Notes under the pieces: model-generated
What the model was told of the DNA's origin: nothing
The model's input: only the letters and a program-made list of their open reading frames with translations
The model's database searches: none
Assembly: GCA_964247055.1 (NCBI GenBank)
Contig: OZ176052.1
Location: 2,418,001 to 2,482,000 of the forward strand
Direction of reading: 5' to 3'
Length of the DNA: 64,000 nt
Source: Paragordius varius
Taxonomy: Eukaryota > Animalia > Nematomorpha
Made by a program: the position numbers and the translations under genes
Shown: positions 13,513 through 27,220 of the stretch, piece by piece
Numbering within the stretch: the first letter of the stretch is position 1
How the letters are laid out: each line of letters opens with the position of its first letter

Positions 13513-16079
13513 ATTACTCATTTTTAGTTATATACTGTGAAACAATTGCCCCTAATGGCATTTTTAATTTCAATTTACTAATTTACATAAATGATTTAAT
13601 AGTAAGTTTTAATGTCACTGTCTTCAAACCTTAACAATTTTATTACACAAACATTTAAAAATTATTATAAGGGTACATTTTTAAGTTTGATTTGCTAAAA
13701 TTGGAAAAATTGTTTCAACTTGTTATTCAATCACAGGATTGATTTAAAAATTGTTAGGGTAAATATTCTAATGTGCTAATTGATAATGGCATATTCTAAA
13801 AATGGTCATCATAATTGACTAACTCACAATAAAAATAAAATTATTTTTTTGTTATATGAGCCATAACTTTTTAAACCTAAATGATTACAACATTCATTGA
13901 GTCTGTAACCAATTTACATCCATCATTTCTTATTATACTTTATAATAGATTATTAAAAAAACTAAGATTTTAAAACATATGGTTGTCGTTTTTAATGCCT
14001 TTTAATTTTTACATTTTGCTGTTTTTAATTTGATATTTTAGTTTATTAGGAATTTTTTATTTTATTTTTCACTCACACGCTGTTATATTATTTAGCGTAT
14101 GAATAGAGATCCAAAAATTAGTGTTGAACAACACGTGGCTAATGTTATTGGTCATGTGGGTCCTTCCATGCTGCTAACCAGTTTGAGCGAATCAATAGCT
14201 TTTTTCTTAGGTTTTTTACATCATATTTGCTTTATTCTTTTTTTTGATTTTATAATGATATTCATGTTTCAGATAAATTGATAGATAGATAATAAATATA
14301 TCCAAAATTTTGGGTATATTATTATTATAATAACTTATTATGTAATTTTATTTGATGTCCCGTTTAGGAAATTTTGTAAAATAATTGTTGAATCTTGAAA
14401 AAAGTATTGCTCTGATTTAATTTTTTTTATATTTGTCAATCATCTATAACACTTAGTTAGGGGTGTGGATTTCATTTTTTATCACTAAAATTAATTCAAA
14501 ATATGTCGTTTTAAGGCTACTTATACTGATTTTATAGCTAAAAAGGAATGTTATTCATTTGATTAAATACATTATTATATTCTGACATTTGCAAAATTTG
14601 ATGTGTCAAAGTAGCGTTTTAAATTAATGATATGTAGGACTTTTTATATGCGTAAATATGAAAAAACTTATATTATTATATATATATTGGTGATATAAAA
14701 ATAATTTTTATATAGGCGCATTTTCCAATATGCCTGCGGTTCAAATCTTTTCCTTGTATGCCGGATTGGCTGTACTATACGATTTTTGTTTGCAAGTTAC
14801 CTGTTTTGTTAGTCTTTTAACCCTAGATCTTAAGCGTTATGAGGTAATAAAAAATTTTTAATAAAATTTTGTATTATATGGGGTATATGCTGTTGTTGTT
14901 TTAAGATTACATATATGTCACTTTTTTAGTAAATTCTACCCTTAAATAATATCAAATATATATTTTTGCAACACTATTAATGGAAAAATATATATTATTT
15001 GGGGAAAATGGAAAAAAATTAAATTATAATATTTTTTTCTACTAATTGTCTATAATTAATGTTAGATAAATACAATTTAAAAAAATGGTTTTATTTTATT
15101 GTTTTAATTATTTTTGGCTCGTTGTAAGGATGTACTTAACTTTAAATGATTACAATTTAAAAACTACATCCTCAATTATAAACCTTATTTCATATTTATT
15201 CAACATAAGCTAATTAGGTTTAAACTCTATTTTTTGTTCGGAAAACTCAGTACAAGGGAGGTCAGGTCTAATATAAATAAATAATTTCAATATATTGCTA
15301 ATATTTATATATTTTATAGGCTAATAAACCAGATATCTTTTGTTGTTTTCCTCCCACAAGCTCTGAACATCAAAACTCTGCTAATAATGGTAATTTAGCT
15401 ATCAATGCTTCAATCGAAAATTCAACGAAACAAGAACATAATAATAAAACAGCAAATAAATTTGGTGTTTTATATCGATGGACAGAAAAATATTATGCCC
15501 CATTTATCTTGAGTGATTGGATACGGCCTTTTATTGTATGATATTTCTGGTTTTTTTGTGTTTTTTAAACAAAAAATATTTTTTTAAATATTACTTAAAA
15601 TTATATTAATTTTTTATATTTTTTACCTTAATTTTTACAAAAAGGATATACTGGATATTTCAGTTATTTTATATACATCTAATATAATACCTCAAATCTC
15701 ATGGAAGGAAAAAAATGTAGATTTTTTATCCAAATATATGAAATTAAGAAATATATAATTTTGCAAATGTTATATGAAAAATTGCCTTTTTTATAGATGA
15801 TTCTGTTTGCCGCATTCATATGTTACTCGGCAGTTTTGGCATCTCGTGTTCACATTGGTTTAGATCAGAAAGTTTCCATGCCTCATGTAAGTTTAATAAA
15901 TTTTATGTGAATAAATTTTATTAACTTTTTACAATGTTTTTTTCAGAAAAATAATAATATTAATTAATTTAACGCAAAACATGTTCAAATTGTGTTAAAT
16001 AATTGAGAAAAATTTATATTATTTGTAAATAATAATTATTATTTTCATTATATATACTTGATTGAAATTAACAAAATTA

Positions 16080-16116
<37 letters not shown>

Positions 16117-18460
16117 TTTTTAAAATAAATATTACGGATATCAATTTTTGGTGCAGAGGACCTATCATTATTTTACACAGTATATATTAAATAGAAATTG
16201 CATAAACGAATGAATATCATTTTTTATTTTATCCCATTTATCATTTCCAAATATTCAATCTATGTATATATATATTTAATAAAAAATGTAAAATATATAG
16301 GATTCATATGTGTTATCTCAATTCGAAGCTATGGAAAAATATTTGGCTGTTGGCCCGCCCGTTTATTTTGTCCTTAAAACTTCACCGAATTCACTCCTAA
16401 ACTCTGACGGAAAAAATCAATTGTTGTTACAAAATAATATGAATTATAATTTTTATCCAGGAAAATTGAATTTTAATCCCTTACTATCTGCCAATATTGG
16501 TAAAAATGAAAGCTTCAACAATATTGAGACCAATAATAATAATAATTTTATAATAAATAATTACATGTTTCGTAATATGAAAAAGTTCCCCGCTAAAGAT
16601 TACTACCAGGATTATCATTTCAAAGACGGGTTTAAGGAGACGAGGTATGATGAACATATGTTTAAATATGTTTTAATTACTTTTTGAATATTTTTATAAA
16701 TTTATTATTGGAGACCTAAAACTATTTCAATTGTAGAATTACTTTATACCGACAGATATTATTGTCAAATTTACTTTAATTTTTGTTCAATATAACTTTT
16801 ATTGTAACGTATAAGAAGATTATATGATAAAACTATATAACATATGAATACAGCATACGATACTAAATATCAAATTTGTCTTACATACCGCCGACTTAAG
16901 CCACTATTTATTCTATTTATATCTCTTTAAAAAAAATTCTCAATACATTTCTAATTTTTATTTTAAAACCTACATAAGGTCAAAACACAATAATAAAAGC
17001 CTAGCAAACCTTATTTTTGGTTCTTACTTTTTTTAATGTAACGCAAATTATAACATTTATTAAATTTAAATTTGACTGTGCTAACAGTTTATATTTATAT
17101 TCCTTATTTCTAAACCCCAAATTAAAGGGTATATTGGAAAAAAGATTTAGAGAAAATGGGTTTCTTTTTATGAAATTAAAGATTAATCTTTACTCGGTCT
17201 TTGGTAGGCTAGTGTTAAAGCCTTTTATAGTTTTTAATACAATATTATGGAATCGAATATAATCATTGTCGATATATAGTATTTCTTAGGTTAATGTGCT
17301 CCAATTTACTCTGTTGTATGTAACCAAGGAATATACCTTTTTATAGTGAAAACTTTTTGATACAAAAAAACTTTTTTATATCCTTTTGTCTTTGAGTATT
17401 TGTATTTCAAAGCTTTATATCTACATTAAGGTTTCCATTAACAATCTTATTCCAAAGATCCTTGATCTAGTTTGTCTTTATACCTACTTATATTTTTCTC
17501 TTACCATTTATATATATATATATGTATTTAGTATGCACAATCAAGCAGTTGCTTTTAATTGGACCGACGTGGGGGCACAAAATTTGGTTTGTGGAGGGGA
17601 CGCGTCATGTGATCGTTACAGTTTAGTGCGTATGATTGCTTGGCATGCTAGTTATGCCAATATTAGCTACCTTTCACCCCAAAGTGAAGTAGCTAGTTGG
17701 ATTGATGATTATATGGCCTGGTCTGCCCCGGGTACTGGTTGTTGTCGAATATATGAACAAAACTCTCTAAATGTAAGTTTGATTAAAAATATTTATTTGG
17801 GTAAAATCACACGTTTTTTATGGAGTTTTGTAAAGACAGGTGCATCATAACATAAGACAACAAATTTTTCTTGCCACTCGAGTTTTTTGCATTTTCCAAT
17901 ATTTACTATCAGGTGTTTTTGTTCAACACCTCACTATCCTATAAGTAATTGGTTTTTAACATATTCATTATCTTTTGCATAATAATCTATTTTTTTTGTT
18001 AAACCAAAAAATTATTTATACCTAGTCTATTAACATTTACATAATTTTCAATATTTTTGTAACTAAAATTTATAATTTCTCGCTTATAGAATATGAGTTT
18101 TTGTCCAACGTCTCAGCCCATACCCCCTGGTAAACGCTGTGTTAAATGCCCCATTCATTACGGACCACCTTCTTCAAACGCCAGGAGAATAATGGGCACT
18201 GATTTTTACACTTTTTTGCCTTATTTTTTGGGTGACATACCTAATGCTAATTGTCCTACCGCGTAAATATATATTTACAATTTTTTTGAATATTTTATTA
18301 TGATTAAATTTGTATTTTAAAAAAAATATTCTTTTTTTTGACCATTTAATTGTGTAGTTTTTTGCAGACGAGAGTTTTAATTACAGTTATAAGGTGTACC
18401 TAGCTGAATTAAAAATAATTACAATATTTCGAATGATCTTTTATCTATTAAAAGAAAATG

Positions 18461-18493
<33 letters not shown>

Positions 18494-19503
18494 TTGTGAA
18501 ATACCTGGAAAACTTAATAATTATAATTTAACAGAAAAAAATTAAATAAAATGGTTATTTTTTAATCAATATTTTTAATTTTCATTTTTATCTCTACGGT
18601 TTTAATTTTCGATTATAAAACGACTTTTTAAATATTTTGTTTTTTTATTTTTATTAGAGGCAAAGCCGCATATGAAAATGCTGTTAAACTGGGAAACGAA
18701 TATGATGGAATACCGTTTATTGAAGGTATTCAATTATTATGAAAAAATTATGTTTTAAAAAGTTTTAAATTAACTACCTCAGATTTTGGGATATGTATTA
18801 TTCTATATTATAAAATCAATATTAATATTGCAAATTAAAATTATTTTGATACCATTTTACAGTAAAAATTAAAATAAACAGGCAAAACATACAAAAAGGT
18901 ATATATTTTTTATAAAACAACCCAATATTTTACCTTATTCTCTGTGTACATCATATAATCAAATTATTTTGAAGTTTATAATTGGTAATGTTACTAAACA
19001 TCTCTATTTTTTATTTTACAATTCAAAAAATAGGAGTTATAGTTTTTAAAAAAATCATGGTTTTAATATATGGTTGGTTGTTTTTTAAAAAATATATTTG
19101 TCCATTAAATTTTTATGTTTTGTGTGTATACTTTCAATTTTTATTGTATCACAGAGTTCTCTGATATATATTATTCTATTTTATCAATATTTTTGCAAAT
19201 TCAATATAAAGAAAAATGATTTTTCATACCATTTTATAAAAGGTAAAAAAATGATTTTTATAAATATGTATATCTTTTGATTAAAAAATAGCATCCCATT
19301 TCATGACGTATCACACAGTGTTAAAGACATCGGATGATTTTGTCCATGCTTTGAGGCATGCACGAATCTTGGCCAAAAATATAACTCAAACTATTAATGC
19401 ACGATTACGGAATATCACACTACAAAAACTTTCTGCAAACGGGAGTAAGAAATTTTTAATTAACCTCTTTTTATAAAAAATTGGTAATTTTAAAATAAAT
19501 TTG

Positions 19504-19536
<33 letters not shown>

Positions 19537-20899
19537 CTTACAAGAAAAATTCATAATTAACCCTATTTTTTATGTGAATTATATTTAACGGCATTTTTAG
19601 GTAATAGCGTAGTAATTTTTTTTGCATTGTATGTGTAATCCTATCATTTATTTGCTATTCAACACTTTACATATTATTTTATATATATATATTCTAGTAT
19701 TTAAGGGAGTATTTAAATTTGATTCATCGGCTTACATAATTCTTTATTTTATAAACTTTAAAGATAATTACATAAATCATCTTCTTAAATATTTATTATT
19801 GTGAAATATTTTTAAGATTTTTAATAATAAATAATCGCATTTGAGCCAAATTAATTATTATTATCATTATTATTAGGATAAGAATTTTAAAATTATGCAA
19901 AGTACCATAAATTCTCTTATATATATATATAATTCCCGTTTTAGAAAATTTGTCCAATATTAATTCTACTACAATCGCGTCGCCATCAGTTTATGTGTTT
20001 CCTTACAGCGTTTTTTACGTGTTTTATGAACAATACCTGACAATGGTACGAGATGCATTCACCAATCTCACAATCTGTATTACAGCCATATTTATGGTGA
20101 CACTTTTATGCTTGGCTGGACTCCCGGGGGCATGTTTGCTTACATTGTTTGTAACACTGAGTGTTGCCAGCATACTTTTAGGTTTATCTTAACTTACGAT
20201 TTTTAAAACAACACTTTTTTTTCGTTTTACAAAATATATAGTATAAAAAATTCTGTCTAACCGTATAAACTCCACGATACAAATAGATATTGCCCCATTA
20301 AACCTTGTTTTTTTTTAAATATAGGGTAAAAATTGAAATTATACGGACAAAATGTAAAAATATAAAGACAAGTTTTTTTCCAAAAAACAACCAAACTTTT
20401 TTTAAACCTTAATTTATCGTTTATTAACTTTTTAATTACAATCCTAAAATACATATTTGATTGTGTTACCAATTTACATATCTATATTTTACTTGTAATT
20501 TAAAACAATGAGTTATATTAAAAAAAATCAAGATTAAAAAAGTATGGTTATCTTTTTGAAAAAAATATTTGTCTTTATATTTTTACGTTTTGTCCGTATA
20601 ATTTCAATTTTTACTTTATCGTTTTGGGATTGCAAAATAAGGAATAGAGAGGCGTAAATTGGTAAACACAATTATATATTACATACTTGTAATCATTTAG
20701 GTCCTATACAAAAAATTAAGTAGGGATGGTTGTTTTGGCAATACAATCGCTAATAGATAAATAGATTTATTTTATTAACAAATTTTTATAAGGTGTCTGA
20801 TAACACATTATACCCAGAGTGTATAAACAAAAAAATTAAGTATTGTATATAATATTTTTTTGGAAGTTTCACACCAAAAAATTACATGATATATTTCCA

Positions 20900-20931
<32 letters not shown>

Positions 20932-23900
20932 AATTATAAAACTACAATCATACCTAATACATAATTTCCATAAGAACTGGAACTTTTTTTATTTAAAACG
21001 GATTTAGGGACAAAAACATTGATTAAAAAATGAACCAAAAAATGATTCCGTCTCTAATCTTTGTAGGTTTAGGCATTCATATACCATTTACAAAATCTAT
21101 ATAAACTTGGTTTATAGGTGTTTTTATCCATAATGTTTTATATAGGATATGGATAGTAATAAAAATCTAACGATTCATATCCAATTAACCAGCCTTCAGT
21201 AGTTTTATTTTAATAAGGGTGCTAAGTTTCATTGTGATTATTTTAAAACAATCTATTAATAATCGTATTGGACAAAATCATAAAAAGAGGTAAAAAAGTC
21301 AAAAAAGGTTTGAAAAAGCTTTACAGTATGCATTTTAATGGTTGCTTATTTGACACCATAGTACGGCAATTTGTTACACAGTAGTGTATCGAAAAAGGAA
21401 AGAAAAGAAATCGTTTTCAATATTTTGTTGTTTTTTCCAAACTCTAATGTGTTGGAAATAGCCCAACTATAATGTGAAATAAACAACCATTAAAATACAC
21501 ATTGTAATACTTGTCAGCCCAGGGTTTTATATCGAAATAGTAATTCTATAGCGTATAACAACGTACATAAGTAAGGTATTATTAAATTATATTTTTATAT
21601 AGGTCTGTTTGCATTCATGCGCGTATTCAGTATTGAGTTAAATGCCGTAAGCCTTGTTAATGCTGTAATGGCGCTGGGGATTTCAGTTGAGTTTGTTTCG
21701 CATATGGTGAGGGCTTTTTCACTTGCTTCTTGCCGTATAAATGCCTCATTAACGCAATACATTTCACAACTTCAAAATAGCAGTCTGCATAATCATGATA
21801 CTACCACCCCAATGGATAGCAATGAGGTTTAATTTAAGTTTATAGGTGGTTTAAAAGGGATAAATTTTTGGTTTTTCTTTTTATAAACACCTAACAGAGT
21901 TTAATATAATTGCTATATGGCAACATGATTTGGAATCATACGAGCAAAACTTAAAAAAAGTTAGGCTGCCTTAGATATAGATTGTGGTAACACAATCTAA
22001 TAAATATTTAACAATTAAATATTTTATATAAGAAAATTAAGGTTGAAGATAATGGTTGTCTTACGAAAAAAAAACTTTGTCCTTATGTTTTTACGTATTG
22101 AATTATTATTTTTTTTATGTAAATCCAATGAAAGTATTTAGAATATATATATATATATATTTGACCACATGATTTACGGAAAAGATTGTTATTATAAGGC
22201 AACGTAAAAAAGTAAGGTTATTCTAAACAATAAGGAGATGATTATATGACGTTTACTTTAAATCTAGTTAATGATATTTTTTATATGTTTCCTTGATGTT
22301 AAATACTAACTATCGTTTTTAAAGAGAGCAACAGAGATATTAATTGGTAACGCATTTAATTATACACTTTTGGATTGAAACCATTAAAATTATGTAAAAA
22401 AAATTTAGATATAGGTAGTATTATTATATAAAAATTTTATCCTTTTATCTTTTGAAATAAAACACTCATCATAGGTTACCTTGTCACCCAAATATCAAAT
22501 ATATTAGTATAAATAAATTTTAAATTTGATTTTATAATAATTCTAATTAAAAACAGGAATCAAATTCAAAAAATGGTAATGGGACTACTTCAGTTTTACC
22601 TGACATTGTATCACAAATTAAAGAAGAGAAAAAGATTATTACGGGCCCAAACTCTTTAACAAACGAAAATAATTCAACTCAAAATGATATTCATGATGCC
22701 AATAGTATTTGTTGCGATAATGTTTTGGATGTTAATAAAGCACGAATTAGGTTATGGGCCGCTAACAGAGCCTTGGTTGATACGGGGAGCAGTGTATTTA
22801 GTGGGATTGCTTTAACAAAATTATTGGGTAAGTTTTGAATTTTTCTTTTTTTTTCATTTAATATTTAGGAATTATTGGTGCTTTATTTTTTGATTCTAAG
22901 GATAATAAATTTTGTGGACAAGGATTTAGACTTTATATAGTCCGTTCTTGTTAGATTTCTATAGTAAAATTTATTTTGAATTTCGTTTATTTCTGTGTAG
23001 AGATTACTAAATATTTTAAAATGTTAGTATTAACTTGTTTTTAACACTTTATTACCTTTGTGAGCAAATTTTCTCCCGACAGTAATTGATTTTAATTGTT
23101 GACTGTCTTACCCCAGAAATTAAAAAAAAATCTTTTACATAATTGTTGGATAACCAATTTTCACAAAAATAACATTGAATACCGTAGTTTTTTTTAACAG
23201 GTAGTTTTAACCTCTTTAATAAAATGTATATTCTGTCTTACATTGAAAAACTTGATGTGTATGAAATATTAAATCATTTAACGACCCAAATTTTTTTTAT
23301 GTAAACAAAATATTTATTACTATACTTTTAGGTATATGCGTGCTAGCTTTCAGTAAATCACGCATATTTTCTCTTTACTATTTTCGCATGTACTTGGGTG
23401 TAGTTATCCTTGGAACACTTCAAGGCCTCTTTTTTCTACCCGTCCTACTGAGTTATTTGGGACCGGTGAGATCTATCAAATCCTACAATAATGTGCAACG
23501 AAATAAACTGAATAAAAGGGTATTTTACTTTCTTTCTTAACAATTATATGAACATATTACTTTTATGTGACATTTTTTTATACGATAAGATTTTTGGAAC
23601 CTAAATATTGCAATATTATTAATCCGTCTTTAAAACTTTTTATATTTATTTTACAAAAATTGGTTTTATATGTTAAGATATTACTAAATTTATTATTATT
23701 GGAGCAAAGATCGTTGTCGATTTATTGCTTTTTCGAGGGTGTATTTTCTCCAGTTTATTCGATTGTAAGTGAGTGATGTTAACTGTTGTAAAGAGAGATT
23801 GGTTTCTTTGGTTAGGTTTTCGATCCAACGCATCTTGCAGCGTCCACGTTTCCTGGATCCTTCGACCTTGCCTGTCATTAGTTGGAATTCCAAGTCATTA

Positions 23901-25189
23901 TCTCTGGTAATGTGACCAAAGTATAAAAATTTCATTTTGAGGCACATGCCAATCAGGTGTATCTCGGGGTTTATTTTGTCAAGGATTACAGTGTTTTTTA
24001 TTTTGTCTTTCCAAGTGATTCGAAGTATCTTCCGCCAGCACCAGTTTTCGAAGGCCTTAATGTATTTTTCGTCTACCTTTTTTATTGTCCAGCTTTCTGA
24101 TGCATATAGCATGCTAGGAAATATTAGGGCTTTAACTAAACGGATTTTTGTTTTAAGTTTGATGTCGTGTGATGACCATAGTTTATTATATTTTATCATT
24201 TTTGTCTTAGCAATTCCTATTCTTCTTTTGATGTCTGGGGTGCTGTTGTTTGTTGTATTTATAAGACTGCCTAAGTAAGTGTATTGGGACACTACTTCTA
24301 TTTGTTGGTTGTGAAAAGATAAGTTGTTATAGTGGTTATGAGCGTTTATAATCATGATTTTAGTTTTTTTAAAGTTGATCGTCAATCCAAATTTTTGACA
24401 TTCATTTGAGAATTCTGTAAAGAGTTTTTTCAGGTTGTCCACTGAGTTTGACAGCAGTATTGTGTCATCAGCATAGTGAAGTGATGATATAATATTGCCG
24501 GCAATGCTTATACCATTAGTTTTATCTATGTTCCGTAATACGCTTTCTATGCAGACATTAAAAAGAGTGGGTGAAAGGACACATCCTTGTCTTAAACCAT
24601 TGTTCATTTGTACCCAATTACTTATGCCATGTGGGGTTTTTATGTTTAGTGATGAATTGGAACAGAGAAGCGGGATTTAGATCCAATCGCGGATGCAGGG
24701 ACATGATCAGCAATATACGTTGGTTATTCGAAAAACAAATTGAATTTCAGAAAGAAACCCACATCTGCTTCATTGATTTTACAAAAGCCTTCGACAGCGT
24801 GAAACACGACACGCTGTGGAAGGCTCAGATGGGAGTTTCAGATCACATTTTAAACATTATTAAATCCCTCTATTCCAATTCATCACTAAATTTATACGAT
24901 TACTAATTAAAATTTTGACTATATTTTATTTAATGATTTTGTGATAAATAATGAAAATTAGAATGGTAAAAAACTTTTGTCTTGCTCTAATAAAACTAAC
25001 TCAAAGGACACTGACAATACAAGTATTAATAAAGCCTCAAATTTATCGACCCGAACGGATTTGAATGAAATTGAAAGCCCATCCCTACTTCAGAACCAAA
25101 GCGTGAAAAATAATTCTGATGCCAAATTACAAACTAACCACGATACTACTGGTAAATTAAATAACTTTTCATGCATAAAATTTAAATAA
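3056..25189 (+). CDS. NPC1: Niemann-Pick C1 lysosomal sterol transporter, ~1738 aa. Exons: 3056-3248, 3275-3759, 6107-6212, 7370-7483, 7971-8138, 8692-8952, 9343-9652, 10133-10241, 10613-10842, 11002-11099, 11426-11519, 12338-12398, 12541-12669, 13232-13414, 14096-14210, 14716-14843, 15320-15535, 15797-15886, 16301-16644, 17532-17772, 18090-18262, 18658-18725, 19292-19444, 19945-20181, 21603-21826, 22557-22827, 23332-23519, 24962-25189. The last exon is less certain; unspliced alternative stop at 23540.
   Basis: Signal peptide; Cys-rich NTD (CCDKEQ, CPACLQN, CDCKDC); [17 protein letters not shown]; [10 protein letters not shown]; AQAWEKEF; [21 protein letters not shown]; VGPPVYFVL; SWIDDY; FMTYHT; [15 protein letters not shown]; GSSVFSGI; [12 protein letters not shown]. 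All junctions are GT-AG and phases are consistent (5217 nt). Confidence 0.96.
3249..3274 (+). other. 26-nt spliceosomal micro-intron (NPC1 intron 1)
   Basis: GTTTATTTTTTAAATTTTATATATAG. Removal joins ORF 3056-3274 to ORF 3289-3810 in frame ([20 protein letters not shown]), restoring the NPC1 NTD. Confidence 0.9.
6276..6713. mobile_element. Foldback/MITE family A2 in NPC1 intron 3
   Basis: Ends TATACCATTTACAATTCAAATT ... AATTTGAATTGTAAAAATGGTATA. Left arm has tandem CAATTCAAATT(C/T)ACCCCCTTGAAC subrepeats. Related copy at 45526-45778. Confidence 0.7.
20324..20616. mobile_element. MITE family B (Tc1/mariner/pogo-like) in NPC1 intron 24
   Basis: Inverted arms GTAAAAATTGAAATTATACGGACAAAA / TTTTGTCCGTATAATTTCAATTTTTAC; same arms at 30130, 36046 and 55526. 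Confidence 0.75.
23683..24895 (-). mobile_element. 5'-truncated RTE LINE with 5' inversion, in the probable last intron of NPC1
   Basis: Minus ORF 23696-24607 ([37 protein letters not shown]) ends in a (TAA)n tail. The upstream RT part ([20 protein letters not shown]) is on the plus strand at 24665-24890. 11-bp direct repeat ACTAAATTTAT at 23683-23693 and 24885-24895. Confidence 0.92.
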
Positions 25190-26209
25190 AGTTGTTGAAA
25201 ATGAATTATTAAATTAAAAGAAGGGTAATTTTATAAAAAACCAATTTTTTACATTTTGATTTTATTCTCTAACATTGTTTTTGCGTTGTGAAACATAGAA
25301 TAAAATATAAATAGCTATTTGATTTTACAGAAAAAAAGTGAAAAATGCGGTTTTTAAAAAATTCAGTCTTTTCCCTTTTATGTTTTGTCTTTAATCTATC
25401 ATATTAAAAAAACCTTAAATTTGCCTTATTTGATATTTATTTTGTTTTTTTAAAATTTAACTATTTTAAAATTCGTATTAGAAAACAAGTCTCAAACTAG
25501 CGACAATGTGAAGGTTGGGTACATTAACCCATCTTTGAATGTGGTCGATATAGCAAGCACAAATATTACATAAAGTCATATATCTGATACAATGTTGCTA
25601 AATATTTCTATATTTTACCCATTTTGTGATATAAAGATCTTTTATTTTTTAATTTTTTATCTTTACAAAAAAAATATTTTATCTATAAAACATTCCCATT
25701 TCGATGAATATTCATATATAATTTTTAAATAATCATTATAATCTCACAAAAAACGACAAGTATATGCCTCACTATTGTTACAAAAAAGTTAAATATTTAG
25801 TAAAAATATGTGTAATATATATCTTATAGTAGAAATTAATACTAATTTTTGTCCCCAGCTCAGTTATGATTTTTTTGGAAAAAAATGTTTCAATTGCTAA
25901 CGATATTATTCTATGTATAAAATATTTTGCCTACAATTATTTTATTATTGCGATTGTGTAATAATAAGAAACAAAATTTATTATTAATGTAATTATTTTT
26001 ATATGTGGTATATATTAAGTTTTGCAGATATTTTATAATATTACCAATCCCCCTATCCCATATAAATTAATGCTGTGCGCTATAAATATATACTTATAAT
26101 AAATTTTAATATACAATTAATTTTATTTGTTATGTTATTTATACTGTAGATATAATTTAACCGATATTAAAAACTATGATAACAAGTAGATACTAACATA
26201 ACTCTAAAC

Positions 26210-27074
26210 CAGGGGTGTCCAACACAAATGGTTTCGCGGGCCACATTTGCAAAATATATGGGCAAACAACAAACATGTTGTTAGATATCAAATTTAAGAC
26301 TGAACAAACTACTATTTATATTAACAATTTTGTTGTTAATTGCCGTTCGGTAAGATTTACTCAGAAATTTGTTTAAAAAATCATAATTACTTAGATTTTG
26401 TAAAACTTTATATACCATTTGCACTTCAAGAGTGTCGTTGAACACTTCAAGTTGTCCTTAAACATTACACTGTTGGCCCTTGAAAACTTTGAATTGGTCC
26501 TTAAACACTTTAAATTGGTCCTTGAACACTTCAAGTTGGTCCTTTAAATTTTGAATTAACCATAATTTTTGCATGTATTTTATTATTTTTTAACCTAATT
26601 TTCTTAATTTATTATATATTTATTCATTTTAAAAATAAAAAATTTTATTCAAAAACCACTTTTTAATTCAAACTAATTCAACAATATTATTAATTTTTAA
26701 ATGTTTTTATATAAAAATTGTAAATAATAACCCAGAAAACTTATATATTTTTTAATTAGTTGTAAAATCTTATAAATATCCAAAATAATTTTAGAAAATT
26801 AAAAAAAGATATACGGTTTCTCAATTTTTAATAGTTGGTAGTGATTTAAATTATGTTAAATAATTAAATATAGGTCAAAAACGATAAAATAGATGAATGA
26901 TTTACGATATGATTGACATAAGTTTAAAACAAAACAAAAAAGTCAAAGGACAACTTGAAATGTTCAAGAACCAACTTGAAGTGTTCAAAACCACTCTTGA
27001 AGTGCAAATGGTATATTTAAAATTTCTCGAGGGCTGCAGAAATATTTTGAAAGGCCGCGTGTTGGACACCCTTG
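26210..27074. mobile_element. Non-autonomous hAT (Buster/Charlie-like) MITE carrying a nested family-A MITE
   Basis: TIRs CAGGGGTGTCCAACAC / GTGTTGGACACCCTTG (1 mismatch). Flanks CTCTAAAC (26202-09) and CTCTCAAC (27075-82), an 8-bp TSD with 1 mismatch. Confidence 0.8.
26411..27015. mobile_element. Foldback/MITE family A with 21-bp subterminal tandem repeats, nested in the hAT MITE
   Basis: TATACCATTTGCACTTCAAGAG ... CTCTTGAAGTGCAAATGGTATA; arms contain repeats of TTGAACACTTCAAGTTGGTCC. Second copy at 59650-60269. Confidence 0.82.
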
Positions 27075-27220
27075 CTCTCAACACATTTTAAAATATCAAA
27101 ATAACTTCTCAAGGATCACACCAAACATTTATACATTCTGACTATAACCAAATTAAATAATGATAGATAGATAGGTATGGTACAATTTATTAAAAACAAA
27201 TTATCTAATGTGTTAAACAT

